From positions 1,922,001 to 1,986,000 of the forward strand of contig NW_026262604.1 in the NCBI RefSeq assembly GCF_021869535.1: 64,000 bases of DNA. The letters are read 5' to 3'. The DNA comes from Mytilus californianus (taxonomy: Eukaryota). Of the stretch, positions 1 to 12,500 are shown piece by piece (position 1 is the stretch's first letter; each line of letters starts with the position of its first letter). The translations under genes were made by a program, and so were the position numbers. A model generated the notes under the pieces. The model was given only the letters and a program-made list of their open reading frames with translations, was not told the origin of the DNA and ran no database searches.

Positions 1-377
1 TTTTTTTTCTCTTATTAAATTTATTTTGAAGATGGACCAACATATTTTTTAAAGATAAGATGAAAAGGAATAAAATGTATTCAAATTACTTTTGTAACAT
101 GCATATTTGTTAACCGTACCGACATTAACAGGAACATTTAATCATGTATACTTCTATGAAGTACTTTCATAACAGGTTTAAAAAGTGACAGTTGAATATT
201 TTTTTTTTAAAACTAAACCGACTTTCCAAATTTAGCATGGACTATAAACGGTTAACGTTATACTAAAATGGTGACACCGGTTTACAAGTTACATGTACAT
301 GTATTAGACCTTATCTGACCTTTGTTCATTTCTATCAAAACCATTACACTATCTAAATTTAGTAAGTGATAATTTAG

Positions 378-513
378 TATTCTACGTCAGAGAACCGATT
401 TACCTTAGATTGTCAGAATTTATTCTTCTACGTCAGAGTACCGATTTACCCAAGATTGTCAGAATTTATTATTCTACGTCAGAGTACCGATTTACCACAG
501 ATTGTGAGAATTT
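378..513. repeat. ~46-bp tandem repeat, 3 copies
   Basis: TTCTACGTCAGAG(A/T)ACCGATTTACC..AGATTGT(C/G)AGAATTT recurs at ~380, 426 and 472. Confidence 0.9.
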
Positions 514-825
514 AAAGATAATGTCAACTTGAATGAGGTTATTATATAGCATTACATTATTGTTTAATAAATTTAAATTTAAGAATTGAATGCTAACGTT
601 CAATTTCCGCGATTCATATTAAAAATGTGAGCACGATCAACGCTTTTACAACCCTATAAAATTATAAAAAGAATTATTTAATTCTTATAATTACATTATT
701 GCTACAACCACGAAATAAAAAGTTACATATCAAGCTTTTCGATTGTTTTTTTTTTAATGCATTATTTTAAGTTACGGATAGCACGTGCAATCATAGCTGT
801 TGTATTTTATACGGAAATAATATTA

Positions 826-937
826 GTTACATAGTGTGTTAGTGACCTAATACGATATATACAAGGTCAGTAAATTCCATATGGGGTGCGAGCGAAGCTC
901 GAATATATCGTATTAGGTCACTAGCACACTATGTAAC
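826..937. repeat. 35-bp inverted repeat with 42-bp spacer (MITE-like hairpin)
   Basis: 826-860 GTTACATAGTGTGTTAGTGACCTAATACGATATAT is the reverse complement of 903-937 with one mismatch. Confidence 0.8.
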
Positions 938-1564
938 GAACTTATCTTACCGACTATCTTTATTTGTTGAATTTAGACTAGAGTTGTCTCATTTGCAATC
1001 ATACCACATCTTCTTATGTTTATATTAAAGTGTTCAATTTTAAGAACGAACCTACTTCCATTGGTATGCACAAAAAAAATTAATGTCAACAATAACAATT
1101 TAATATCAACAACCTAGATATAACAATATTAAACATCACTTTCAATACATTCAAATAAGCAAATAGTGCCAAAGTCATAACTCCACTACTAACCGTGTAT
1201 TGAAATAAGCCCCGCCTCCCTACTAACCTAATATGGAATATACACGGTCTCCACGCGGACGCTTTTAACCAATCATATTCCTAGAAATGTATAGGAGGTA
1301 AGATAAAATATGATATTGGAGTGCCTCGCGATTATTGTCAGCCAACCAAAATTACGGGTTCTAATGAAACGTACATGTAATGTAATTATTCACGCGTAAT
1401 CGTAGATGTCCTTGAAACCCGAGATTGAATGAAGAATAATAAGTACATTTACATTTTTTTTTTCATTTTTACTTTTCCACTGTCTGAAACGAAATTTGAG
1501 AAGAGTTAACCAGCATCAAAAGTTTGATAAACTTGGAAAGAAATATTAAACTTTGAAGCTTGTT

Positions 1565-2285
1565 ATGCGGCTTCGAGTGCGATATTTTGTTGTGGGTTCG
1601 ATTCTCCGCCGTGTCAAGTCAAACTCTTTATCATCGGTATTTGCTATTTCTCTGATTAGCACCCGTCGTTAAGGAGTTTGAATAAGAACATAGACTGGAG
1701 TCCGAAATTTGTCCGGTTAGGGTGGCATGTCTTCTAGCGGGATGCCGTATTGGCCATGCTAGAATAACACACGAGTATATTTAAAAAAACGGAATTCAAC
1801 CAGTGTGTAGACCTTGTGATTGCAAGTGTACAATAAAACATATTTTAATTGAATGTATAGACTTTTCCGATATCCGGAAAAAAAACATTTTTATGTAAAT
1901 AATATGTATGATTTGTTTAATAATATTCCTGTTAAAACAATTGTTTCTTTTTTAAAAGAAATTGGAATATATTCCAAAATTTGAATTTGCTGTATTAGTT
2001 TAAAATGATTTTAAGTCTGTATCATGTAATCTTATTGATAAATTTTTATTTGTAAATAAGTATATTCGCTTTAAACTAAAGTTTTAGTAAATTGAAAGAC
2101 TTTTTGTCTGTTTAAAAAAAACAAAAAACGTCTTGTTATAATATTTAAAATAGCTCTCGTCGCGATATAGCCTTTTTGTGCTGATGCGGCGTAAAGCAAT
2201 CACCAATCAATCAATCAATCTTCTAGCGGATTGCTACCTTATGAATTAGCAAGTTAAAAATCCCGCTAACGTATCGGTCAAGTAA
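1565..2285 (+). mobile_element. degenerate tRNA-derived CORE-type SINE split by a nested insertion
   Basis: B-box-like GGTTCGATTC at ~1595, followed by a CORE-like tract (GGTATTTGCTATTTCTCTGATTAGCACCCG...TTAAGGAG). The SINE body resumes after 2219. Family assignment is from recall of bivalve SINEs. Confidence 0.55.
1741..2218 (+). mobile_element. 5'-truncated retroposon (LINE 3' end or SINE) with (CAAT)n tail, nested in the SINE
   Basis: Flanked by direct repeat TCTTCTAGCGG (1730-1740 and 2219-2229); ends in CAATCAATCAATC. Confidence 0.7.
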
Positions 2286-2347
2286 AAAGCAGTTTTTATA
2301 TTCATGTTTCCTCCTGCATATGCATTTGATTTGTAATTGGACATTAA

Positions 2348-2740
2348 GGATGTTCGCTACTCTGTTTCAAAATAACAACCTTTTTAAAAGACTGTTTAAC
2401 ATGATAGTTTATAAATAAAGGAACTAAAAGGGCAGAAAAATGAAGGATCCGTGTGCTTGTTTTGGAGATCTATATAAGCCATTGAAATTTGGCGGGAAAT
2501 GATTCTCCCTGGATTTTTCATACTTTTAACATTAGTCGCTTCTTTTTTGTTTCAAAAACCATGCAAAATTAACAAGGATTTTATAAGATTTTCAAATACG
2601 ACTTTTTAAACTATATGTAATAAAATTATGAAACTTAGTAGGGTTTAGCGGGCAACATTTTTTAATAGCAATACATTGACAAAACCAGAGGATTCCGAAA
2701 GTCTGGCAAAAATTCAAAAAAACAAGAGGAACAAACATCC
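2348..2740. mobile_element. non-autonomous DNA transposon, TTAA-flanked (Kolobok-like)
   Basis: TTAA|GGATGTT...AACATCC|TTAA: short TIR, TTAA TSD, GG termini. Confidence 0.65.
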
Positions 2741-2785
2741 TTAAAAAGTTATTTCAAGTATTAGTGACTGCAGTATTTATTATAT

Positions 2786-3548
2786 GAGCGTCTGGCTGGG
2801 GTTTATAGAATAAAGAATAACGGGCAAAAGGAGCAGAACAAAGGTCAAAACAATACAGAATACAGAATACAGAATAATCGGGTGTTAAAGTATGAAGAAT
2901 AGAGAACAATGGGTTAAAAAGATACAGAATAGAGAACAATGGGTTAAACAGATACAGAATAGAGAACAATGAGTTAAAAAGATACAGAATAGAGAACAAT
3001 GAGTTAAAAAGATACAGAATAGACAATGGGTTAAAAAGATACAGAATAGAGAATGGGTTAAAAAGATACAGAATAGAGAACAATGGGTTAAAAAGATACA
3101 GAATAGAGAACAATGGGTTAAAAAGATACAGAATAAAGAACAATGGGTTAAAAAGATACAGAATAGAGAACAATGGGTTAAAAAGATACAGAATAGAGAA
3201 CAATGGGTTAAAAAGATACAGAATAGAGAACAATGGGTTAAAAAGATGCAGAATAGAAAACAATGGGTTAAAAAGATACAGAATAGAGAACAATGGGTTA
3301 AAAAGATACAGAATAGAGAACAATGGGTTAAAAAAAAAACAGAATAGAGAACAATGGGTTAAAAAGATACAGAATAGAGAACAATGGGTTAAAATGATGC
3401 AGAATAGAAAACAATGGGTTAAAAAGATACAGAATAGAGAACAATGGGTTAAAAAGATACAGAATAGAGAACAATGGGTTAAAAAGATACAGAATAGAGA
3501 ACATAATTTTAAGAATAAAGAAATGAAGGATTTTCCCTCCAGATCCTC
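2786..3548. mobile_element. MITE-like element containing a 30-bp minisatellite (~20 copies, ~2893-3503)
   Basis: Ends GAGCGTCTGG...CCAGATCCTC are imperfect TIRs. Unit AAAAAGATACAGAATAGAGAACAATGGGTT. A related element without the expansion lies at ~29159-29400. Confidence 0.7.
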
Positions 3549-3582
3549 TTTTATCCTCATATGTCATTTATTAATTAACTAG

Positions 3583-6500
3583 ATGCAGTAACATGTTATT
3601 CTTGTCAAAATTTACCTCATCCGGCTGACTGTGGGAATATTGTGGAATGTGGATCGCACGAGGTATGTTTATTATTTCTGTATAGATAGTGTCGTATAAC
3701 TTAGTGTCGATACACATCTTATGTGTCTGTGCTGTCTGAAAAAAAAGTAACAAAAAAGGAGAAATATAAATAAAAAAAAAATCGCATGTTAATTTGTTTG
3801 ACTCAAAAATAACAGAAATTATAAATGTGAAACAACGTTTAGCGATATCATCGTCGGTCTATTACCAGATTTTAAGTGTCCTGAAAGTTTAAGACATATT
3901 CAATACTACAAACATGCCTTAACTTCTTCTCCTTTCCTGCAATATGTACCTTCAAATATGAATTGGCTATTTCAGATTTATTTATTGAATGTGTTTTATT
4001 AACCCCAAAAACAAAAAAAGACCTTAGAAACAGAAAAGGAAAATTTAAATGTATAGAAAAAGGAAGATTATAAATATCAAATAAAAAAAACAGAAACGAA
4101 ACAAAATCAACACATAAGACTAAGGCTAGCATATATCAAAGGTGTCTACCACCGGCCTTCTAATGTAGATGATATTTACTATTTCAGATGTGTAAAACAG
4201 AACGGATGATTTCGCCAGATGGAATTACATCATTCAATTCCATGTGCTTTGATCGAGATGTGCGTACTTATAACGTTAATCCATGTCTTCAATTTTAATT
4301 AAACAGATTCATGTCAGAAAATCACGCAACAGCGTTAACTTGAAATTTATCATAATTTTGCTTCAAAATAACATGTTGTTTATATAATGTATGATTTCAA
4401 TGTGATTCTGTAACGAAATGGTCAAATTATTGTGAGATTGACACTAAAAAAGAGGTTTTACTATTTAAAGTGATCTATTTTCATGTGCATGAATGAATGA
4501 TTAGTATTTATGAGACATTGGTTAATCGTAAAGCAATATTGAACAATTATGAGTGTTTTTAATTTCTATTACGATGTTATATTTATTTATAGTTAAGCAA
4601 TTTTCTGTAAAAAATATGATACCTCATAAATTTTACTATATTTCAAATCTGTTGGCAAATTTCACAAAATTCTATGCATTAAATCTCATCTTTTAAACCT
4701 TATTCGCCCACGCGCTACATCTCAAAACTTTATTATATTTCGGGTTAAAGCTGTTCCGAAAAATAAACGATGCCATTTGTCTGTCAATGTTTTACACCAA
4801 GTAAAAGCGTATATGACGTGAAATTAGATGGTTAAGTCACCCCGTCATGCCATAATGAGACAAACTAACATTATTTTACTTTACTAATACAGCGTAAATA
4901 TTGTGTCTTTTGTCCATTTTTGCACTTTGTGGTGGACGGTAAAGGGTTATTTTCGTGCGATGTCTTCAGCAAAGTTTAATCACGTGCTTAAAGCTCATTA
5001 TTCCCCGTGTTTCGTGTCAATTTTCAACAAGCAATGTGTAATTTTTTTTTTTATATTTTTCGTTTATAGCGAAATGGTTATTTTATTTCATTTGACATAT
5101 TTTAAACTTCCAGCAATGTAACCCGATATCAATCGGTTTGGGTAAAAGACAGAATTCAGCGATCACATGTCGACACTGTTGTAGTACGTCTTTCTGCAAT
5201 AAAGATTTATGTGATGTACCAAAACGTTAGTATCTTTTAATACTTTAAATGTAAACTACTATTCTAATGCAATACTGTTTATTATGCTAATTTTCATTTG
5301 AAAATTCCACAAATTCAAGGGAATTCCATTGTACACAATCCTAGTCAATATTAAATATTGAAAAAAGTACTTATCTTTGTCGCGTGTCTTTATATCAATA
5401 GGATAGTTGTCAGTGACGATGGAATGGATGTTGTGGTGATACAGAGGAGACACTTAACTGACCAGTACAACAGACCACACAAACCATCAATAACAGAGTC
5501 ATCATAAGAAAATATATCACTAGCCTATAAACACTGAGTTTATGAGTTCGGACCTCGCACGTTGTAGGTGCGTTCGACTAAAATACTAGGATTGTCAGTT
5601 TTCCTGCCGACTGTCGGTGGTTCGGCTACCTCTACCGATGAAGACTGACAGCTACGAATTAGTTAATAGTGCTGAAAGTGGTGTTAAACACCAATCAATC
5701 ATATCAAAGAAAGACAAACAACAAGGAACGACAACATTCACCAGATACCTTTATTTTGATACAACTTGTAAAATGTTATACCACTATAAGGTCTGGACAA
5801 ATATCCTCTATTCTTATCACCCCCAAGGGTGACTGGGGAATAGAAGTATGGTCACCATTGGTCTTCCTCCGACCGGCAGTAAAACCCTTGCTAAAGTGGG
5901 GCGTCCGTTTGGCTGTGCGGGATGTACAAATTTGCAGCCACGTCCGGTCAGAATGGGGACGTTAAATCCGATGCCTCGTGTAAAGAGAGTGCCACGCTCT
6001 TTGCACGTTAAGAACCCTTGCAACAACTCTTTGAGGGGTCCGTAGGTGACCTGGACAAGGCTAAACTTCTGTCCCTATCCAATATATCCTCATTTCCCGT
6101 GGCAGTCTAAATTTCTCCGACCTTAATCCCAGAAGCCCCTATTACAGAACCTACCTATTGTATTTATTGTTAATTTGTTCTCGTCCTGGATATGCATGAA
6201 ATATTTGCCACTGGACGTTAAGCAACCAACAATCAATCAGTCAATTTCTATTCTTATCTAGACCATGCGGTTGTTTAACTGGTGTACCCTTTAGAGATAC
6301 ACAGTTTTCAATTAATCAACTAATAAATAACGCCCTACGCTTAAATGATAATTACGTTTCTCCTACTCTGCACTTTCATTAATCATAGAAAATAAATACT
6401 CTACCTTACCTTACCTTTGTATTATGAGAGCTTATTAACAAAATAAATAAGCTCGCTTTAAATTTTGTGCGCCAGACGCGCATTTCGTCTTCAAAAGACT

Positions 6501-9500
6501 CATCAGTGACGCTCATATCATAAAAGTTAAAAGGCTAAATAAACAACGAAGTTGGAGAGCATTGAGGACCAACATTCCAAAATGTTTTGCCAAATACATC
6601 TCATGCATTCTATCGTATAATAAGTTTTTGTAATATGCAATGCAATAACTCAAAAAATGCACAGATAATTAAACAAACATGACTGTATAGCATTGCCAAT
6701 ATATTTATTTTCTGCAGAAGAACGTGGCATCCGTTGTCTGAGCTGTAATGATGTACTTAAACCTTCAGACTGTAAAAAAGTGAAAATTTGTTCACAAGAT
6801 TCTGTAAGTTTTTTTTTCTTCATGCAAACTAAAATTTCGAACCTAATCGGAATACCAGGCAACGACGTTATAGGAAATAAAACTATTCTATCTAATAAAT
6901 TCGGTTTCTCGTAAATTCGCATAGTTCCTTACTTTTCTACGTATTTATACAGTCATGGCTTAATATGTTTTTGGCTTTGAGTGTTCATTCTTTAATGTAA
7001 ATATGGAATAGCGCTTGAGACGCACGAAATTTAAAACGTGTTAAAGTACTTTCAACTCCATGTCTTAGGTGAAGTTACAAAGGCGTGGTTAGGATTACAC
7101 GTGAAGCACACGGACTATTTCTTTTCTCATACATTTATGAATCGAAGTTGACTAATCGACGTCGTATATGATGTCAACCTTTGCAACATCTTCATTTTGC
7201 CTTTATATTGGCACTGATACTACTGATATCGAAAGGGGAGACAACAACAGGTCAAAGTATTACTTTCAATAATGAGTAAAAAGTAAAACAACAAAAATAC
7301 CGAACTCCAAGGATTATCCAAAACTTTAAGTCCCCTATCAGACGACAAAATCAAACGCTCAAACACATCAAACGAATTGAAACTGTTATACTTCCTGACT
7401 TGGTACAGGAATTTCTTTATGTAGAAAATGGTTGATTAAACCTGGTTTTATAGCTAGCTAAACCTCTCACTTGTATGACAGTTGCATAAAATTTCATTAT
7501 ATTGACAACAATGTCTGAACAAAACAAACAGACATAATAGGTGAAAATGTCAGGGGTACAACAATCAACATTGTGGTATAATCTTAATCACTATAAAAAC
7601 AAACAAATATGTCAACAAAGAAAAACAAAATGGCATGATAAATGATAATCCGTATAGTAGCTGTAGAATGCCTCGGTAAACAAGTTGTGAAACTTTACAA
7701 TATAGAAACGAGCAGCTTTATGTAAGCTAATAACATTTAATGAACAACAGTTTTGGAAGACTTTAGCCTAGTACTTCTATTACATTTTCCGCGCATGGGA
7801 CAGGCACATACAAAAAGTCGCTTGGTTAAGCAGGTTTGTATGTGCTCAACCTTCCTCTAACATAGAACAGTGGATTTGTAGCATTTTAATAAAACTAACT
7901 ATATATATATTAATCGAATCGGTACTAAACACAAACACAACTGAAGATTTACATTTGTTTTATGTGAAACATTTAGGCATTGACATCAAGTTTTGCGATT
8001 TGCATGAAATGTTTGCCGCTAGATTTAAATAACCATAATGCTATTTATTCATTTCAGCAATGCTACACACAAGCCTTTAGATTCAATGAAGAAGTTAGAT
8101 ATAGATTAGGATGTGCACCAAAGAATGCAAGTATAAAGATCAAGATTATCTGTATTTGATAACAACATTGTTGATAAAATAATACAGAAAGTATCATTCC
8201 CGCAGGTATAAAAATTAAGGTTTTATTACATTGCTTTCATTCCATTGTGTCAGTGTTTTTAATTTCCATAGGACGTTTTGAAATCTCAAAGTTAATCTCA
8301 TAACAATTTGGGGACTTGTATAAACAATTAAACAATGATAAATATATCAACGAGGCGACAGCAATCAAACGACACACAACAATATAGAGATCAAACAACA
8401 CTAGTACAATACCGTATGTTCGAATTTTTCAGAGAAACAGTCAACTGTTTCATTAAATAAATGGAATCTGAGTTCGCCATTTCTGAATATAATGCAATCT
8501 AGGTAATTTTTTCAAAAGTGTAATACAAAACGTTGTGATTGGTTAAAAAGTGCTTTGATGTAATTTTCATTTTGAGGTACGAACAATAAATTAAGCCATA
8601 CTCCTTTGGATTCTGAAACAGAGAAAAAAGCAAAAATACCAAAACTCCAAGGAAAATTGATAGATTCTAACAATGCATGGTTAGCATGGAAGATGCTGTA
8701 AACGAAATTTTTAACAGCGGCAATTGATTTTTAAATTTTGGTAATGCATTCATTTTGAATAAGATCGAAGATTGATATATGATTGATATATTTGAGAAGT
8801 TTGATATATTTGCGTAGATTGATATATTTGCGAAGATTGATATATTTGCGAAGATTTATATTTTACCAAAAAATAAATTGCTCCTGAAAATTAGTTATAG
8901 TATAGTCCTATAAACCGTAAGCTTTATAAGCAATAAAACCTCAAAACATAGTTGAGTGGGGGAATTTGTTTATAAACAGGGTTTCTATTTCTAGAACTCA
9001 AGTTTTAATACCTCCCAAGGGTGATTGGGGAATAGAAATATGGTCACCATTAGTTTTCCTCCGACTGGCAGTAAAACCCTCGCCAAAGTGGGGCGTCCGT
9101 TTGGCTGTGCTGGATGTACAAGTTCGCAGCCACGTCCGGTCAAAATGGGGGCGTTAAATCCGAAGCCTCGTGCCACGCTCTTTGCGCGTTAAGAACCCTT
9201 GCAACAACTCTTTGAAGGTTCTATAGGTGGCCTGTTGCAAGGCTAAATTTCTCTCCCTGTCCAATATACCCTCATTTGACCGTGGCAGTCAAAATTTCCC
9301 TGACGTTCATCCCGAACGGCCTCTTTTACAGGACCTACCTATTGTATTCATTGTTAATTTGTTCTCTTCCTGAACATTCATGATATATTTGACACTAGTC
9401 GTTAAGCAACCAACAATCAATCAATCAAATTTCAATATCTGAAAACTAATGTTGGATATGGTAATTTGATAATCTTTAACAATTTTGTTTTATTAAATTA

Positions 9501-12500
9501 AATGATTTTTTTTTGCCGATGTCCATTAAACTCGATTGCAGTAACACCCCTGCCAAAGTCTGAAGTTCGTTTTACTGTGCGGGATTTTTTAATTCGCAGC
9601 CACATCCAGTCAGAATGGGAACGTTTAATCCGGTGCCACACTCATTGCACGTAAAACCCTTCCAAAACTCTTTTAGTGGTCCGTAGGTGACCTGTTCCAA
9701 AGCTGAATTGCTGTCCATATCCCCTCATTTTCTAGTGGCATTCCAAATTTCACGTATTTCATCCGTTCTAACCGTTATTTTGACCAACCTATTGCATTTT
9801 TTGTTTATTTGTCTTAGTCCTGAACACGCATGCCACTGGGCATAAAGCAAACAACAGTTATGAAGGGTAATTCTACAAAGAACATATTTCAGTTGATGAA
9901 CATGCCAATGGCATTTATAAACCCCCAAACAATTTTGTTACAGTATTGTGCTTCAAACACTACGTCTAAAGGAAATGTCGCCATTCCAACAAAAGGCAGT
10001 ACACCTATACCTGTTATAGGCAAACGACAGCAATCATTTAAAGATATGTTTGGAACGCCTTGTGCAATGGGTTGTTTGACTGAAAACTGTAACAGGGAGC
10101 TTTGTAAAAATGGTGAGACAGTGTAATCAGAATATATTATCTAACTTATTGCTACAACTCATTTTGATAATCTTTGATAGGTGTTTGATGAAAGTTTGTA
10201 TTGCTGTAAATTATTGTTTGATATGTGATGTGTATATTGCTCATCTTTGTTGCTAACTCGACATTATGAATAAAAGAATATATATCAATAAAGCGATGCA
10301 ATGAAACATCAAATAACATGAAGGTGTGAAAAAAAACAAAGGGTTTTGAATGATTCATTGGTTGTTGTTGTTTAACTCTCCTTTTAGCACTCTTTGTAGC
10401 ATCGTTGCGACCAGTTTCGGCAAGAAAACTGGCAATTATGGTAAATTAGAATAGGAATAGTACGCACCTGACACGATAGCTGACAGGCTAGCAATAACTT
10501 TAAAGAAACTACTGAGATCACTTGGCCATCGAGGCCCCCAGCGGTCTTCAAAATAAGGAAAGTGTGTCTCACATATATAAAACTAAGGAGATGCGGTATA
10601 ATTGCCAATAAGACGCCTAATCATCAACGACAAAAGGACGAGGAGGTAAGTATAGGTCGCCGTTCGGCCTTCAACAATGAGTAAAAAAAGTTTCCAAATA
10701 GATACCAGTCTTATAGTTCAGTACGCGAGACACGCGTTAGATTCTTCCGTGGCGCTCGAATAAAAAAATTGGGAGTCAAAATCAGATACGAAGTTGAATA
10801 GCATTTAAAACCGAAAATTCCGAAATGTTGTGCCAAATATGTCTTTGGCAGTCTGTCTTGGTGTAGAAAACCTAAGTGTTTTCAATATAAGTAGTTGATT
10901 TACAGAAAATTAACCTATCAATGATATTTCATGTCAACACTAAAGTGCTGTCTTCTGGGTCGATTAAACAACCCTTACCGTATAATGAGCTTTAAAATAC
11001 CCCTGCATGACAGAATGCGAAACAATACGCACGCGAAAACCAAAGACCTGACTTATGCTAAACTAATCAAATTCAACTATAGTAGACAAACGAAAACCAC
11101 CGAGTAACTGAATGACAACACCTGCAACGAAAAACAAATATGACATGCAAACAGCAACCAACGACAACCACTGAATTAGAGGCTACTCAATTCGGACCGG
11201 AACATAACGAAGATTGCCGGGTAAAACATATGTGTGAGTGATAAATCCTTGTTAATGTTCGCGAATTGAAATATCCTAGTTGTGTTTCAGGTACTAATGC
11301 CACTGGTTGCCAGCTTTTAAAAACACCCTCTTCTGACAATTGTGAAGATATCGATACATATGGCTGCATATTAGTAATTTCTGTCGCTTTGAAAAATGGT
11401 GAAAGCGCATGCGCTATGCCCGACATTCGGAACCATTTCTGCCCTGAAACATGTGGAATATGCCGTGAGTATTATACAATTACAAATATTTGAATAAAGT
11501 TTTTATTTTTTATTTACAGTTTTTGAGATATATATATAAAAGTCACTTTAACCTTGTTATCCATGTGTCTGGCTAATAATGCAACTACTATACCGTAAAG
11601 TCCCCCCCCCCCCCCCCCCCCAATGTTCAGTCCGAAAGTTAACTTTGTATAGCATAATGCATGATACATGTAAGATATCAAATCACCATGGGATACAAAG
11701 GGGGGTATTATGCCACTTTCTCTAGCTATTAGTATTTGTTTTTATCTGTCTGTGAAATACAACAATGGTTACTTTTATCAATGCACAGTTTATTGATTAT
11801 TTTAAGCCGAAAGATGACATTCCTATGTTTCTTGGTTCACAGTTAATAAGTTAAAAATGTCATAACAAATATGTACTCACCTGAAAATCTACCGGAATTA
11901 CGATGTATTTTTCGACTGAGTCAAGAAATTTACGTATTGTATATAGGGTTAGTTGCATGTCTACAAATGTACCCTACTTTGAAATATACCGAGTGAGTTA
12001 TCTTATGCATACTACCAATTATTAGTCTACAACAAAATACTATGAACCAACTTATTTGGTGGATCCTTTATTTCGCGTTTAGCACTTTCTGGCCCACTTC
12101 GAGGCAATGTAATGTAGCGAATTTCAAATTTACTTGATGTAGTTATAAATAGTTAAATAAGGAAAGATTCAAGGTTTTTCGACTATTTATATTCTAGTTA
12201 TTTTTCTCCTTGCGAAAGACGCGAAATAAATCTCTCGCAAAAATGAGTTGGTTTACACTAATCGTATGACACCTATTGCAGTGCGCATGAAAGACCAAAA
12301 ACCTTGGAATCAAACCAATATCGATCAATAATTGATTGATCGATAATGTATGTTAACATGTAGTGGCACATATTTCATGCATGTTCAATGTGAGAACAAA
12401 TAAACAATAATACGATAGGTAGGTTCTGTAAGGAAGGGGTCTTTACAAAGCGTTAACCAATTTTCCATATCCCAGATACCCCTTGGAGTTAAAATAATTA

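Noticed and set aside
1195-1305. GC-box, CCAAT and AG|GTAAGA cluster as promoter/first exon of the Ly6-ShKT gene
   Set aside because: No ATG or signal-peptide exon could be linked, and the segment may be a repeat.
2754-3582. 268-aa and shorter ORFs (LFSILYLFNP / QWVKKIQNRE repeats)
   Set aside because: Translation of a 30-bp minisatellite inside a MITE; no evidence of coding.
5819-5910. HDV-like or twister ribozyme in the SINE leader
   Set aside because: The UUCCUCC loop is L3-like, but no P1 3' strand lies between P3 and GG, and the twister AAGC/GAGGG elements are absent. Kept only as an unknown structure.
5669-6045. ORFs here and at 8966-9176 and 51716-52003
   Set aside because: Chance frames in GC-richer SINE copies.
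11602-11621. poly-C run (and poly-A at ~16982-17004)
   Set aside because: Simple homopolymers with no TSD or associated element evident; lengths unreliable.
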